This document shows positions 62,301-64,000 of a stretch of DNA of 64,000 nucleotides, one piece after another. The translations under genes were made by a program, and so were the position numbers. Location: assembly GCA_034530615.2 (NCBI GenBank), contig JAVRCV020000043.1, positions 1-64,000 of the forward strand, read 5' to 3'. Below the pieces are notes generated by a model. The model was given only the letters and a program-made list of their open reading frames with translations. It was not told the DNA's origin and made no database searches. Each line of letters begins with the position of its first letter. Position 1 is the first letter of the stretch. The stretch comes from Aulosira sp. ZfuVER01. Lineage in GTDB: Bacteria; Cyanobacteriota; Cyanobacteriia; Cyanobacteriales; Nostocaceae.

Positions 62301-63284
62301 ACCACCACTGAGGATTACCTGCAACACTGGCACATCCAATTGTTCCCACATTTCAACCTGGGGTGTTTCTGTTTCTAGCCGAGCCAGAGAGAAACTAGTG
62401 GTATTTAGCAGCAGTGCAATTTGTTCTGTATCTTTCGGCTGGAAAAACTCGCTCAACTCAGCTTGGATATCCGGTTCGCGCAATGAAGAAACAAACACTG
62501 GCACAGGTTGTAAATTTTTCTGTACCAAAGATTGACATAAAGCATCAATTACCTTGGTATTTCCTGACAAATAGTGAGCGCGGTAGAAGAGAATGCCGAC
62601 TTTGGGAATGGGAAAAGGGGCATTGGGCATTGGGCATTGGGCATTGATTATTTCTGTGCGTCCCCGTGTCCCCGTGTCTCCTTGTCCCTCTTCTCCTCCC
62701 TGTCCCCCTTGTCCCCTTGTCCCCTTATCCCCTGACTGCCACTCATACAACCCAATACGCGGAACCAACTGCGGCGGTGGGGGATTAAATGAAGTTAACA
62801 GGCAGGTATCAGCAATAAATTCGAGTGCGTTAACAAAATTATCTACACCACCTTGGTTAAAGTATTGCCAGACTTGGTTCACAATATCTAAAGGCACGTT
62901 AGACTGAGAAATTAACAGGGGATCAAAAGCATCGTCCCCTGGCATTACAATGAGGTTTGTACTATTACGTTGAACAATTTCTTGTACTACTTCTAAGCCG
63001 TAGGCCCAGTAAGAACGTCCTCCTAAGAGGCGCAAAATTATGACTTGGGCATGTTCTAAAACTTGCTCTCCATAAGTGTCTATACTAATTTGTTGCTGTA
63101 ACTGTAATAAGTTTGCAACTCTTAAATCAGGGAATGTTGCAGGTAATTTGGGAACAGCAGCTGCCAGAGTTTGAATATCGGTATCAGCAGCCGTAATAAA
63201 TACAAAGGGAGCTGGAGTTTGTTCTAGAAAAATCAGGTCTTCTGACTGATTCCAACCCCCGGATGTGGCACTTACACGATGCAT
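59364..63284 (-). CDS. cobN: Cobaltochelatase subunit CobN
   Basis: Motifs PEVDGR, HVGKHGNLEWLPGK, LPTGKNFY, RISGFFRDAF, NPKWIAG. Confidence 0.96.
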   Translation of the reverse strand: MHRVSATSGGWNQSEDLIFLEQTPAPFVFITAADTDIQTLAAAVPKLPATFPDLRVANLLQLQQQISIDTYGEQVLEHAQVIILRLLGGRSYWAYGLEVVQEIVQRNSTNLIVMPGDDAFDPLLISQSNVPLDIVNQVWQYFNQGGVDNFVNALEFIADTCLLTSFNPPPPQLVPRIGLYEWQSGDKGTRGQGGQGGEEGQGDTGTRGRTEIINAQCPMPNAPFPIPKVGILFYRAHYLSGNTKVIDALCQSLVQKNLQPVPVFVSSLREPDIQAELSEFFQPKDTEQIALLLNTTSFSLARLETETPQVEMWEQLDVPVLQVILSGGAVEQWELQLSGLSPRDIAMNVALPEVDGRIISRAVSFKTVQARNQNLETDVVVYEPVSDRIEFVTQLAANWVRLRSKPPQERRIALIVANYPNRDGRLANGVGLDTPASCIEILQALELAGYQVENLPADSDELIQRLTAGVTNDPEGKDWRTVQQSLSVDEYQNYFATLPEPVQQGISQRWGLEEDAEMVRQGDVENQNFAASPRPRVPLSSFPIPGIQLGNVFVGIQPARGYDLDPSLSYHAPDLEPTHAYLAFYYWVRECFAADAVVHVGKHGNLEWLPGKSLALSSNCYPEVALGPMPHLYPFIVNDPGEGSQAKRRTQAVIIDHLTPPMTRAELYGSLQQLENLIDEYYEAESLDPVRLPMIRDRIRELIVQENLHQDLGIKNEQDILNFEILILNSINGYLCELKEAQIRDGLHIFGQCPQGRQLRDLIVAIARIPNRHSIGITRALTQDWGLDFDPLTADFRDQFTLPKSSSAPLAKLQSCHTIGDAIEILEDHAAFLVEQLIANNSQLTTHNSALSTVINWIAAKLLPALQKTSQEITNLLRGLDGRYIQSAASGAPTRGRPEVLPTGKNFYSVDIRALPTETAWDIGRRAAETLIERYTQDNGEYPKTLALSVWGTATMRTGGDDIAEALALLGVQPVWDGAARRVVDFEILPLSVLGRPRVDVTLRISGFFRDAFPNLIDLFDSAVQAVAALDESPEENPLAAQVRQDTDFWTEQGLTSEEAIVRSRYRIFGSKPGAYGAGLQGLIESQNWTDDEDLARAYINWSSYAYSSSSPIAAPEALKQRLMQTQAVLHNQDNHEHDLLDSDDYYQFQGGLTAAVRSLQGKNPQTYFGDNSITAQPRVRQLKEEIARVYRSRVVNPKWIAGMMRHGYKGAFEMAATMDFLFAYDATAQCVGDYMYHGILQAYLLDPIVSDFIYKKNPWALRDIAERLLESYQRGLWQDVNTQTLEMLRSLVHQAEATIEEQTVV

Positions 63285-63372
63285 AATTCTGTATTACCGC
63301 CTTAAACTGTTGATTACAATACAAGAAAAAACCTTTTAGCCCAGCAGCCAGCCCCTCACTAAATTCTTGAAC

Positions 63373-64000
63373 ATGGTTAGTTCTCCTGATTTGAGCTTCT
63401 CCCGAACCTTACCCTTAGATACATTTAATCAGCTTGGGGAATTGTTACAGCAGATGGCTCAAGCAGTGGAAAATGGGGCTTTGGTGGTAACTGAGGCTGT
63501 GTTGTCAAGACTTCGCGTACCTGCTGAGTGGCAAGAGCAACGTTTTACATTACTAGTTTCTGAGCAGTTTAGTGCGCTTTTGCTGGGGTATTGCGTTCAG
63601 GAGCAACTGCTGTTTGGTACAGGAGCAACATCAGTTTCGACAACAGAGGTAAGCCCTAGTGAAAATTTGCTCAACTCTCTTACCCAGTCTCAGCAACTTC
63701 CTTCTACATGGCACCGTAGAGAAGTCTACAGCGATCGGGATTCAGCAGAACTCACTACTAGCTTGACATTTAATTCCGAGGCGATCGCTTCCTTCCTCTT
63801 GAAATTGCGAGATTTGTTTGAGTCTGATTCCTATACTTATCAGAATCTTGAACGCTATCGTCAAATTCTTGGTACTAATGATGCTACGCTCCAAAGTCAA
63901 TTTAGCCTCTTGTTACTAGAGTATCTCCTGCCGCAGATCAATCAGGAGGTGAACTTAGTATCAGATCCAGACTATTCCATTGCTTATTGCTGTCAACCTG
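63373..64000 (+). CDS. N-terminus of a probable GAF sensor histidine kinase (CikA-like by synteny), running off the window
   Basis: Open frame MVSSPDLSFSRTLPLDTFNQLGELL... continues to the window end; divergent from cobN. Confidence 0.6.
   Translation, partial: MVSSPDLSFSRTLPLDTFNQLGELLQQMAQAVENGALVVTEAVLSRLRVPAEWQEQRFTLLVSEQFSALLLGYCVQEQLLFGTGATSVSTTEVSPSENLLNSLTQSQQLPSTWHRREVYSDRDSAELTTSLTFNSEAIASFLLKLRDLFESDSYTYQNLERYRQILGTNDATLQSQFSLLLLEYLLPQINQEVNLVSDPDYSIAYCCQP

Overview
Chromosomal window from a heterocyst-forming cyanobacterium (Nostoc/Anabaena-like). This is supported by abundant HIP1 GCGATCGC sites, heptamer STRR repeats, psb28/psaE/ndhO, and the gene orders pgi-natCA, hemA-glpX and sigC-furA-peptidoglycan-binding protein-cobN. 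Bases 1-~9345 look like the right end of a genomic island integrated at tRNA-Gly(TCC): a 3'-half tRNA copy with arm-type repeats sits at 9232-9343. The most striking signal lies inside this island, on the minus strand. A RAMP/Cas7-like ORF with a C-terminal glycine-rich loop (6657-6938, apparently N-terminally truncated) is followed 5 nt later by 17 pentamers of the form GTY-NN (6567-6651), which run into an HNH endonuclease gene (6157-6573). This resembles a VIPR-type RAMP plus periodic guide RNA module, here with a GTY scaffold and a linked nuclease. The rest is mostly housekeeping genes. Accessory inserts include a TerB-C/DUF2791 ATPase pair, a three-gene ATPase/DUF1802-nuclease operon, a protease pair bounded by a HIP1-anchored duplication, tandem ArsR-DUF2087 regulators, nested small mobile repeats and IS200/IS605 remnants. 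Family assignments come from recognising motifs and synteny by eye; no database search was run.
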